Origin: Oscillospiraceae bacterium
Lineage (GTDB): Bacteria; Bacillota; Clostridia; Oscillospirales; CAG-272
Reading direction: 5' to 3'
Assembly (NCBI GenBank): GCA_015064415.1
Contig: SVSG01000008.1
Coordinates: 13,306 to 77,305 of the forward strand
DNA: 64,000 bases
Shown here: positions 43,971 to 53,607 of the stretch, in pieces
Position numbering within the stretch: position 1 is the first letter of the stretch
How the letters are laid out: each line of letters opens with the position of its first letter
Translations under genes and position numbers: made by a program
The notes under the pieces: generated by a model
The model's database searches: none
Told to the model about the DNA's origin: nothing
What the model saw: the letters and a program-made list of their open reading frames with translations, nothing else

Positions 43971-44462
43971 ATGGGAAGAATTTATATCGATAAATACGTT
44001 GGAACGCTGGAGCGCACCGACCTGTATTTCGTAAAATTGACACTGAAAGACGGTACCGTTCACGAGAATTTGGAACCAAGACGTCTGTTTCCGTTCACCA
44101 ATCCCAATATGTATATCACCCTTTTGGATAAGGACGAGCGTGAGCTTGGCTTTGTGCGAGATCTGAAGGAATTGGACGATGCCTCCGTGAAGGCGTTGGA
44201 GGATTGCTTCGCGGAATATTATCTGATCCCGAGGATCACGCGCATCCTGCTTTGCGAGGAAAAGTTCGGCTCAATCAAATGGGAGGTCGAAACCGACAGG
44301 GGCAGCATTGCCTTCCGCATTCGAAGCCGACACAGCGACATCAAAAAGCTGTACGGCACCAATCGCATCATCGTGCGCGACACCAACGATAACCGCTATG
44401 AGATCCCGGATTATACCAAGCTGGATGCGCACAGCTTGCACATGCTGTTTTCCTATCTTTGA
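43971..44462 (+). CDS. DUF1854 domain protein (ABC-exporter-associated)
   Basis: 163 aa. RRLFPFTNPNMYITLLD...IPRITRIL...WEVETDRG resembles DUF1854. AGGAGGTG RBS. Confidence 0.6.
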   Translation: MGRIYIDKYVGTLERTDLYFVKLTLKDGTVHENLEPRRLFPFTNPNMYITLLDKDERELGFVRDLKELDDASVKALEDCFAEYYLIPRITRILLCEEKFGSIKWEVETDRGSIAFRIRSRHSDIKKLYGTNRIIVRDTNDNRYEIPDYTKLDAHSLHMLFSYL

Positions 44463-44468
44463 TAACAG

Positions 44469-44505
44469 ACCGCCCCAAACGCTTTGTGCGTTTGGGGCGG
44501 TTTGT
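44469..44505 (+). terminator. Intrinsic terminator
   Basis: accgccccaaacgc-tttgt-gcgtttggggcggt plus a T-rich tail. Confidence 0.7.
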
Positions 44506-44597
44506 TGGTTTTTTGTGCAAAAACGGAAAAGTGTCTATATATAGAAAACAATTTATATATTATAATTATTCCGTAATCCACAAAACGAGGTGTCGAA

Positions 44598-45362
44598 ATG
44601 GCAAAAAAGGCGCAAGGACAGCAGAACAGAAAATGGTGGTTCAAGCTTTTGAAAAAGCTGATGGTGGGCAGATACAAGCGCCCTGAATTCGTTTATCTGG
44701 GTGAAAAATTCGACAAGGGTGCGATCATTCTCAGCAATCACGAGGGAACCGACGCGCCGCTCACGCTGGAGCTTTATTGTGACCAGCCGGTGCGCTTCTG
44801 GGGCGCGTCCGAAATGAACTCCGGTCTGATCTCGATGTATAAGTATCAGACCAAGGTGTATTTCCATCAAAGAAAGCATTGGAACATCTGGCTGGCACGG
44901 CTGTTTTGCCTCATCGCAAGCCCGCTTACCAACCTGTTTTACAAGGGGCTGAATCTGATCTCTACATACCGCGACATCCGCTTCACGCGCACGATCCGCG
45001 AGAGCATGGCGGCACTGAAGAACGGCGAGAACGTCGTTATTTTCCCGGAGGATGCCAGCAAAGGGTATCTGGAGGAGCTGGAGGGCTTTTTCCAGGGCTT
45101 CGTGATGCTGGCGGAGGTTTGTTACCGCCGCGGAATGGACGTGCCGATCTACGTGACCTACTTCAAGAAAAAGGATCTGGTCTACATGGTGGACGCGCCG
45201 ATCCTTTACTCCGAGCTGATCAAAAACGGTGCCACGCGCGCCGAGATCGCCAAGCGATTGCTGGACAGATGCAACGCGCTGGGCAAGATGGACCCGCACG
45301 CGCTTCCCGAAGAGGAAGAGAAGGCAGAGGTGCTGCCCTGCGAGGAGAAAATTGCCATTTAA
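44598..45362 (+). CDS. Lysophospholipid (PlsC-like) acyltransferase family protein
   Basis: NHEGTDAP (HX4D motif) and VIFPEDASKG (second acyltransferase block). Confidence 0.65.
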   Translation: MAKKAQGQQNRKWWFKLLKKLMVGRYKRPEFVYLGEKFDKGAIILSNHEGTDAPLTLELYCDQPVRFWGASEMNSGLISMYKYQTKVYFHQRKHWNIWLARLFCLIASPLTNLFYKGLNLISTYRDIRFTRTIRESMAALKNGENVVIFPEDASKGYLEELEGFFQGFVMLAEVCYRRGMDVPIYVTYFKKKDLVYMVDAPILYSELIKNGATRAEIAKRLLDRCNALGKMDPHALPEEEEKAEVLPCEEKIAI

Positions 45363-45366
45363 CCCC

Positions 45367-45404
45367 AAAACGGGGCGGGATATTCAATATCCCGCCCCGT
45401 TTTT
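45367..45404. terminator. Bidirectional terminator between convergent genes
   Basis: aaaacggggcgggata-ttcaa-tatcccgccccgtttt. Confidence 0.7.
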
Positions 45405-45407
45405 TTG

Positions 45408-47084
45408 TTATTTGATTTTTTCAAACAAAAAGCTTTTGCCCTTGCCGGGGGCTGCAGGAAAGCTGATCTGCTTTCCAAAGACCTCGCGCAGCTCGCCGTC
45501 ATAAAGGAGCGTGATGGCGTCATTATTTACCGTGTGCAAAAACAGATAGCTCTTGTTTTCATAGATCACGGCGCGCCCGTCTGCACGCGGCGTCACGCCG
45601 CATTCGCGGAAGAAGACGCGAAGCTCTTCCGGCGTGATCTCTGCATTGGTGGGACCGATTACAAGATAGGGCAGACGTTTTTCCTCCAAGGCGAGGGTGG
45701 CCTCCTTACAAGCCGTCGTCATCGCGGGGCAAAGAAAGACGAATGCCTTGTAGCGTGATTTGACCGCCTCAAGATCAGTGATCAGATAGACGTCATAGGG
45801 GGTCGCGGTAAAGCCGAGCGTATGCCGCATTTCTCGCACCGTTTGGCGGGTAATGGTGGAATCGTCCGCAAATTCGGCAAATACGTTCTCGTCCAAAAGC
45901 ACCGCTACCTCGGCACCGCTTTCAAGCTCCTTTTCAAGGGCGCTTTCGGTGATGCGGTGCATTTTTTCAAGCAAGGTCATATAGGCGTCATCTGCATACC
46001 AGCCGCCCCACATGTCAAACCACCAGAAGGCGTGGCCATGCGTGAGCGCCCGTGCAAAGTGCATTTTCAAAATCTCCGTGGCAGTGTCCTTGTCGGGGCC
46101 GTACCACACGGGGCTTTGATAGTAGGGGTGATCGCAGTACGGCTTTGTCAGATGTGTGCGGGTATCATTTTCCGCAAAAAAGAGCTTGCCGTGCAGCTTG
46201 AGCGAGTCGATCACGGTCATATTGGGGTGATCGCGCCCCGCCTCCCGTGCATAGCTGTAGCACGGAGGGGCACAGAGAAAATCCACGTCCTTAGAGTTCA
46301 GTACGGCCGTCAGAGCGTGGTGGCCGGAGCCACGGTCCATCAGCTCCATCACGTAGCCGTAAAAGCCGCCCACCACAAGACGGTGTTCGGTCTTTTCCTT
46401 TACGTATCTCGAAAATTCGCAAAAACGCGTTGCTGTCATTTCCGAAAGAAAGCTGTAATAATCTTCTTCGGTGGGGTCGTACACGTGCGCGGCGATCTTC
46501 CCGGAAAACTTTTCTTTTGCGCGCTTTCCCTTCGCGCCGCGACGGTCGGGGGCGATCCATTCCTCCGTCCAGCCGGTCGCAAGCTGATAGCCCGCAACGC
46601 GGTCGCGGTAAGCGCTGCTTTCAATATGATCGATCAAAATGGCGAGATGCTCCTTGACGGCTTGGGCCCACGCGTCAGAGGAAAACGAGGGCCAACGAAG
46701 GTCGTGAAAACCAAAGTCGCAAAGCTCGTCCGGGTGCTCCTCGCCCCAGCGGAAGGGAAGTGTGATATTTACGCGCGGCAGTAAATAGGCATTGGGTGCG
46801 GCCTCAAGAATGCGGGCAACGTCCGCGTCCAATTTGGAAAAGTCGGGCGCTTCGCCGTCAAAAATGCCGGGGGCAAAGATCGGCGTTTGCGCCTTGGGAT
46901 TGATGTGATGCGAGGCGAAAAAAACAGGAAAGGAGAACAGACGGTACCCCGCTTTTGCGAAATCCGTGGGGGTGGAGCGCTCGGTGAGATAGCACATGTA
47001 CGCGGCGCCCGCAATCGGTTTTTCATTGATAAAAAGCTGTGGTACGCCGCCAAGCATGCGTACGCAAGAGGTGATCGGTAACAT
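45408..47084 (-). CDS. Hypothetical protein, possibly a TIM-barrel glycoside hydrolase (GH42-like)
   Basis: AAAGGAGG lies 5 nt upstream of the ATG at 47084. 558 aa. Only a weak resemblance to GH42-type proteins. Confidence 0.35.
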   Translation of the reverse strand: MLPITSCVRMLGGVPQLFINEKPIAGAAYMCYLTERSTPTDFAKAGYRLFSFPVFFASHHINPKAQTPIFAPGIFDGEAPDFSKLDADVARILEAAPNAYLLPRVNITLPFRWGEEHPDELCDFGFHDLRWPSFSSDAWAQAVKEHLAILIDHIESSAYRDRVAGYQLATGWTEEWIAPDRRGAKGKRAKEKFSGKIAAHVYDPTEEDYYSFLSEMTATRFCEFSRYVKEKTEHRLVVGGFYGYVMELMDRGSGHHALTAVLNSKDVDFLCAPPCYSYAREAGRDHPNMTVIDSLKLHGKLFFAENDTRTHLTKPYCDHPYYQSPVWYGPDKDTATEILKMHFARALTHGHAFWWFDMWGGWYADDAYMTLLEKMHRITESALEKELESGAEVAVLLDENVFAEFADDSTITRQTVREMRHTLGFTATPYDVYLITDLEAVKSRYKAFVFLCPAMTTACKEATLALEEKRLPYLVIGPTNAEITPEELRVFFRECGVTPRADGRAVIYENKSYLFLHTVNNDAITLLYDGELREVFGKQISFPAAPGKGKSFLFEKIK

Positions 47085-47262
47085 AGTTGCCTCCTTTTTG
47101 TTGGTTGCTTCTATTTTAACACATCCGCCCTTTGTTGGCAAGCGTTTTTTCGATGCGCCGCCGTGATGGCAAAACTAACGCGCGCGTTTTCGAAAAAAGG
47201 ACTTTTCAAATGTGTGATTTTATGTTATAATAATTATAACTGTCACTGCGGGAGGTGGAGCG

Positions 47263-49146
47263 ATGGAAAATTTCGAAAAATGGCCCTTGCTGGCAAGCAT
47301 CCATACTCCCCTTGACGTGAAGGCGCTTTCCGAGAAGCAGTTGAAGCAGCTGGCGCACGAGATCCGCGACTATCTTGTCTTTCGCGTCAGCGAAAACGGC
47401 GGCCATCTTGCCTCCAACCTCGGCGTGGTGGAGATGACACTTGCCATCCACCGCGTGTTCGATCTTCCCGCCGACCATCTGATCTTCGACGTGGGGCACC
47501 AGAGCTACGTACACAAGCTGCTCACGGGGCGCAAAGAGCATTTCGACACACTGCGCCAAGCAGGTGGTATTTCCGGCTTCACCAAGCGCGCGGAAAGCGA
47601 ATATGATGCCTTTGGCGCGGGGCACAGCTCAACGGCAATCTCCGCCGCGCTCGGCATGGCCGAGGCAGATGCCCTTGCGGGCCGTAAGTGTTGGACGGTG
47701 GCCGTGGTGGGAGACGGAGCCCTGACGGGCGGGCTTGCGCTGGAGGCGTTGAACAATTGCCGCCGCAATTTGCGCTTGCTGATCATCATCAACGAAAACG
47801 AGATGTCGATCTCCCCGAACACGGGGCGCCTTGCGCAGCATTTGTCGCACATCCGTGCGTCACGTCCTTATATCAATACCAAAAAGGTGACCTCTTTCGT
47901 GCTACGGCACGTGCCGCTGATCGGCCCCTTTTTCTATCGCATCATCAGCCGCCTCAAACGGCGCATCAAACGCATTTTTTACCACGAAAATCTGTTTGAG
48001 CATATGGGCATCCGCTACGTGGGGCCCGTGGACGGCAATGATCAGGAAAGCATGATCTCCATGCTGGAGTACGTGAAAAAAAGCGAGGGAAGCGTGATCC
48101 TGCACGCCAAAACGGTGAAGGGGCACGGCTACGCCCCCGCCGAGGAGAAGCCGAGCGAATTTCACGCCATGCCGCCGCGCGACAAAAAAAGCGGGGAGGA
48201 GAGCTTTTCGCAGGCGATGGGAGCGGCGCTTTGCGCGCTGGCCGAGCAGGATCCGCGTATTTGCGCGATTACGGCAGCCATGCCTGTCAGCACGGGTCTT
48301 GCCCCGTTTTCCGCGGCCCACCCCAAACGCTTTTTTGACGTTGGTATTGCAGAGGAGCACGCCGTGACCTTTGCCGCAGGACTTGCCGCGGCGGGAATGC
48401 GCCCCGTTGTGGCGCTTTATTCCACTTTTTCGCAACGCGCGTACGATCAGATCTTGCATGATGCGGCATTACAGCACCTTCCCGTGGTGCTTTGTGTGGA
48501 TCGTGCGGGGCTGAATGCGGGAGACGGTGCCACCCACCACGGTGTGTTGGACGTGGCCATGCTTTCCGCCATCCCCGATGCGCATATTTACGCACCCGTT
48601 ACCGCCGAAGGCGTGCAACGCGCCCTTCATGCCGCGTTGGCGGCGGGAGAGATTTCCGTTATCCGCTATCCTGCGGGGGCGCCGCTTGCCGCCATCGGGG
48701 ATGCCTTTTATCGGGAAGAGGTGCCGCCTGCACCGGGCTTGCGCATCTGGCAGAGCGGGGAGGCACCCGCGATCAGCATTCTCACCCACGGCAGGATCAC
48801 CGCGAGTGCGCTGGAGGCCGCGCAACGGCTGGCCAAGGACGGCATCCATACGCGGATCCTTTTGTGCGAGCAGATCGCCCCTTACGGGGAGGTGGCCGCA
48901 CGCGTGTCACCGTATCTTGCCCCCGCCGTGCTCTTTCTTGAGGAGGAGATCCGCACGGGCGGATTTGGTATGAATTTGTGTGACCGTTTGCAAAAAATGG
49001 GGCAATTAGTGGGCAAACGGTATGAAATTTTGGCAACCGAGGATCCCTTTGTTGCTCCCGCTGCGGGGCAAACGCCGCTTGATGCGGCGGGGCTTTCCCC
49101 CTTGTATATTGAAAATACACTGCGCCGCCTTGCGGCAATACAATAA
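47263..49146 (+). CDS. dxs: 1-deoxy-D-xylulose-5-phosphate synthase
   Basis: 627 aa. GGHLASNLGVVEMTLAIHRVF, FDVGHQSYVHKLLTGR and a GDGALTGG thiamine-PP motif. Confidence 0.9.
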   Translation: MENFEKWPLLASIHTPLDVKALSEKQLKQLAHEIRDYLVFRVSENGGHLASNLGVVEMTLAIHRVFDLPADHLIFDVGHQSYVHKLLTGRKEHFDTLRQAGGISGFTKRAESEYDAFGAGHSSTAISAALGMAEADALAGRKCWTVAVVGDGALTGGLALEALNNCRRNLRLLIIINENEMSISPNTGRLAQHLSHIRASRPYINTKKVTSFVLRHVPLIGPFFYRIISRLKRRIKRIFYHENLFEHMGIRYVGPVDGNDQESMISMLEYVKKSEGSVILHAKTVKGHGYAPAEEKPSEFHAMPPRDKKSGEESFSQAMGAALCALAEQDPRICAITAAMPVSTGLAPFSAAHPKRFFDVGIAEEHAVTFAAGLAAAGMRPVVALYSTFSQRAYDQILHDAALQHLPVVLCVDRAGLNAGDGATHHGVLDVAMLSAIPDAHIYAPVTAEGVQRALHAALAAGEISVIRYPAGAPLAAIGDAFYREEVPPAPGLRIWQSGEAPAISILTHGRITASALEAAQRLAKDGIHTRILLCEQIAPYGEVAARVSPYLAPAVLFLEEEIRTGGFGMNLCDRLQKMGQLVGKRYEILATEDPFVAPAAGQTPLDAAGLSPLYIENTLRRLAAIQ

Positions 49147-49159
49147 GGAGAAGAAGAAT

Positions 49160-49786
49160 ATGTTAAAAGTAGAACGCGGCTGTGTTATGAACTTTGAAAA
49201 TGCCATTCGCGGCGCACGCAACCCGATGAATAGCTGGGCAAGAATGGACAGCACGTACGACGAAAACGGAAATTTTGCGTTGGGGCCCAACGATCTTGAC
49301 CTTGCCAAGCGCCTGGCGCACGCGGGGAGCGATCACCGCAAATTCCTGCGCCAGATCTTCGTGTCGGTGGACATCACCGCACCGCTTTACTGGTGGAAGG
49401 AGTTTGATACATATAAGGTCGGCACGGTGGCAAATTCCACCTCCACGATGCACAAAATTCACACCAAGCCCTTCGAGCGCGCCGACTTTTCGCATGACCG
49501 TCTGGACGAGGGCGGCCTTGCCGCGCTGGATGCCGTGATCGCCTATCTGGAGAGTGAAAGAGAGAAGTTCGTGGCGGACAAATCCGATCGCCAAAGCTGG
49601 CACAACATGATCCAGATGCTGCCCAGCTCCTACAATCAGATGCGCACCGTGACGATGAATTACGAGAACCTCATCAATATTTATTACGCGCGCCGCGCAC
49701 ACAAGCTGGCCGAGTGGCACGTGCTTTGCGATTGGATCATGAGCTTGCCCTACGCGGCCGAGCTGATCGCCGTCAAAGAGGAGTAA
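49160..49786 (+). CDS. ThyX-fold protein lacking the canonical RHR/SxRY motif
   Basis: AAGGAG lies 9 nt upstream of the ATG. Aligns by eye to ThyX (AGSDHRKFLRQIFVSVDITAPLYWWKEFDTYKVGTVANSTSTMH versus [41 protein letters not shown]). Confidence 0.55.
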   Translation: MLKVERGCVMNFENAIRGARNPMNSWARMDSTYDENGNFALGPNDLDLAKRLAHAGSDHRKFLRQIFVSVDITAPLYWWKEFDTYKVGTVANSTSTMHKIHTKPFERADFSHDRLDEGGLAALDAVIAYLESEREKFVADKSDRQSWHNMIQMLPSSYNQMRTVTMNYENLINIYYARRAHKLAEWHVLCDWIMSLPYAAELIAVKEE

Positions 49787-49789
49787 GCG

Positions 49790-50908
49790 ATGAAAAAATA
49801 CCGATTGAAGATCGGCCTTGACGTAGACGATATTCTGTACGAGTGCAATGCCTATGCGCTGGAGCTGCTCAATCGCGCCGAGGGGATCGAGCCGCCGCTT
49901 ACCATCCACGATATCCGCTCCTGGGGCGGAAACGTGGGGCGCGTGGACGATCGACTGCGCTATTTCGGGGATCCCGATTTCGTGGCAGAGCAGCCCGTGC
50001 TGCCGGGCGCGCGTGAGTTTGTGGCGAAGCTGTGTGAGGTGGCGGACGTGTTCTTCGTTTCCGCTGTGCCCCCTGCCTGCATGAGCGCACGAGCCCTGCG
50101 CCTGACGCGCGATTTCCCGCAGGTGCCCCCCGCCAATATATTGCTCGGGCACCGCAAGGATCTGGTGCATCTGGATATCCTGCTGGATGACGGCGCGCAC
50201 AACATCTCGCACTCGCCCGCGACCTATCCCGTGCTTTTCCGCAAGCCGTGGAACGTGCACCTTTCCGGTTTGCTTTCCGTGACTACGTATGAGGATTTTT
50301 TGCATCTTGTGGATATGCTGCGCTACTCCTATACGGAAACGCGCCCCGACCTTTCGGATGGCGGCGTGGTCTGTCTTGTCGGCCCCACGGGCACGGGCAA
50401 GAATGAGGTAGCCAAGGCCTTGGTGCTGGAGCATGGCATGACCAAGCCCGCTACATACACCACGCGTCCGCGCCGTGAGGGGGAGAGCGAGCAGGAGTAT
50501 CACTTTCTCACGGAAGCGCAGTTCCTGGCTGACTTTGCGGCGGGAAAATATCTGGAGACCACTGTTTACAGCGGCCATCATTTCGGTACCAGCGCCGAGG
50601 AGATCGACGCGGTGACGGGAAAAGGCGGGGTAGCGGTGCTGCCCATCGACATCTGCGGCGCACTTTCCATGAAAAACCGTTATCGCTCGCGTGCGCTTCT
50701 GGTCTTCCTCAAGCGGCGGCGCGAGGACGTGATCTTTGACATCGTGTTGCGCCAAATGGACCCGCGCGACAAGACCTGCCGCATCCTTTCGCTGGATGAC
50801 GAATACCGCAACGAGGAGCTGTGCGACCTTTGCGTGGATGCGAACTGCACCCCCGACGAGATCGCCGCAAAGATCGCGCTCGCGGTGCGCGGCATGCATA
50901 CGGCTTGA
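49790..50908 (+). CDS. Fusion of a 5'(3')-deoxyribonucleotidase (NT5C/HAD) domain and a guanylate-kinase-like domain
   Basis: GLDVDDILYEC (DxDx motif) and DILLDDGAHN in the N-half. P-loop GPTGTGKNEV and TTRPRREGE in the C-half. Confidence 0.65.
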   Translation: MKKYRLKIGLDVDDILYECNAYALELLNRAEGIEPPLTIHDIRSWGGNVGRVDDRLRYFGDPDFVAEQPVLPGAREFVAKLCEVADVFFVSAVPPACMSARALRLTRDFPQVPPANILLGHRKDLVHLDILLDDGAHNISHSPATYPVLFRKPWNVHLSGLLSVTTYEDFLHLVDMLRYSYTETRPDLSDGGVVCLVGPTGTGKNEVAKALVLEHGMTKPATYTTRPRREGESEQEYHFLTEAQFLADFAAGKYLETTVYSGHHFGTSAEEIDAVTGKGGVAVLPIDICGALSMKNRYRSRALLVFLKRRREDVIFDIVLRQMDPRDKTCRILSLDDEYRNEELCDLCVDANCTPDEIAAKIALAVRGMHTA

Positions 50909-51014
50909 TACAAATTGAAACAAAATTCAACAAAGTACTTGACATTTGCATAATTATGCGGTATACTGTAAGGCGTTAACCCCACACTATATTTTGGAAA
51001 GGAATTTACTTATC

Positions 51015-51920
51015 ATGAAAAAGATTTTGTCTTTCGCACTGGCTTGCTTGATGCTGGCGGGCTGTATCGTCTCTTTCGCCGCTTGCGGCAAGACCAACGC
51101 CGATTTCGTGGCCACCGACGCCACTGACCTGATCAAAGAGGATTTCGGTATCGGCGTGAAGAAGAATTGCCCCGAGCTGCTTGCCGCTGTCAACGCTGTG
51201 GTTGACAAGTGGGTCGCCGACGGCACGATGGCTAAGTACGAAACCTACTACACCGATCTTGCTAACTATGCCGAGGATACCACCGGCAGCGTGGCAAAGC
51301 CCGAGGCAGGCACGCTCAAGACCACCTGGGATTTCGGCTCCGCCACCGAGGTGATCACGGTCTATACCGAGTCCGGCTTTGCTCCCTTTGAATTTGTTTA
51401 TGACGGCGCCGTGGTCGGCATCGATATTGCCATCATGAGCCAGGTTGCCGCCGATATGGGCAAGAAGATCGTGGTCAAGGACATCCTGTTCGACACCATC
51501 CCCACCTCCGTGCAAAGCGATGCAGGTCTTGCCGTGGCCGCCGCAGGTCTTACGATCAACGAAGAGCGCGCCGAGCAGATGGATTTCTCCAACGTATATT
51601 ACAGCTCCACGCTGGTGATCGTTGCCGATAAGAACGCTCCCATCACCTCCGTGAAGGATCTTGCAGGCAAGAAGGTCGGCGTACAGCAGGGCACCAGCGG
51701 TGACCTGATCATCTCCGCCGCCGTCAAATCCGAGGGCTACGTTTACGAGACCGAGAACGACGCGGGCGAAACGGTGGAGGTCACCGTAAAGGCCGCAGGT
51801 GCTGAGGTCAAGCAGTACGAGAAGTATGCCATGGCACTGGCAGATCTGAAGGCAGGACGTATCGACGCGATCCTGATGGATAAGCTGCCCGCCCAGACCA
51901 TGCTGAACAGCGCAGAATAA
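51015..51920 (+). CDS. Amino-acid ABC transporter substrate-binding lipoprotein (family 3)
   Basis: Lipobox FAACGK. FAPFEF and LTINEERAEQMDFS motifs typical of polar amino-acid binding proteins. Confidence 0.75.
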   Translation: MKKILSFALACLMLAGCIVSFAACGKTNADFVATDATDLIKEDFGIGVKKNCPELLAAVNAVVDKWVADGTMAKYETYYTDLANYAEDTTGSVAKPEAGTLKTTWDFGSATEVITVYTESGFAPFEFVYDGAVVGIDIAIMSQVAADMGKKIVVKDILFDTIPTSVQSDAGLAVAAAGLTINEERAEQMDFSNVYYSSTLVIVADKNAPITSVKDLAGKKVGVQQGTSGDLIISAAVKSEGYVYETENDAGETVEVTVKAAGAEVKQYEKYAMALADLKAGRIDAILMDKLPAQTMLNSAE

Positions 51921-51934
51921 TTTATCATAATACG

Positions 51935-51968
51935 GAAGGGTGAAGGCACTGCGGTGTCTTCACCCTTC
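51935..51968 (+). other. Intercistronic stem-loop between the binding-protein and permease genes
   Basis: 11-bp perfect stem gaagggtgaag/cttcacccttc with a 12-nt loop and no T-run. Confidence 0.55.
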
Positions 51969-51986
51969 GACACGAAAAGAGGATTT

Positions 51987-52689
51987 ATGACAGAGCTTTG
52001 GACACGGTTTTCCAAGGCCTTTCTCATCCAGGATCGCTGGAAGATGTACTTAGAAGGGCTTGGAAACACCTTACTTATCGCCATGATCGCGGCGGTGATC
52101 GGCATTGTGCTGGGCGTTGTGATGGCGATGGTGAATTACATTCATAAAAAATCGGGGAAGCTGAAGATCGCCACCAAGATCTGCAACTTTTACATCACCG
52201 TTGTGCGCGGCACGCCCGTTGTGCTGCAGCTGATGATCCTGTATTTTGTCGTTTTCTCCTTCTGGGATAACGGCATTCTGATCGGTGCCATTACCTTCGG
52301 CCTCAACTCCGGTGCCTACGTGGCGGAGATCGCACGCGCGGGCTTTGAAAGCATCGATGACGGACAGATGGAGGCGGGCCGTTCGCTTGGCCTTTCCACC
52401 TGGCAGACGATGCGCACCGTCATCATTCCGCAGGCGTTGCGCAACGCGTTGCCGCCCCTTTTCAACGAGTTTATCATGCTGGTCAAGGAGACCTCGATCG
52501 TCGGTTACGTCGGCATTTATGACCTTGGCAAGATCCCGGGTCTTATCCAGTCCCGTACCTTCGACTATCTGTTCCCGCTTTTGATCGCCGCCGCGCTGTA
52601 TCTGATCGTGGTGCTGGCGCTCACGCAGGTGTTGCACGTGATCGAAAGACGCTTGGCAAAAAGCGATCGCAATCAAGGAGGTGCCGTGA

Positions 52690-52706
<17 letters not shown>
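51987..52706 (+). CDS. Amino-acid ABC transporter permease (His/Glu/Gln/Arg family)
   Basis: Multi-TM protein with an EAGRSLGLS permease motif. Start at the ATG at 51987, because the upstream GTG (51954) lies inside the hairpin. Confidence 0.75.
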
Positions 52707-53505
<799 letters not shown>

Positions 53506-53607
53506 TGAAATTTGATAAAAAAGCGTCGGATTTCCGACGCTTTTTTGTTGACAACGCTCCTTGCTATATGTTATAATAAGCTTATATCAAACGTAAGGAG
53601 ATATGTC

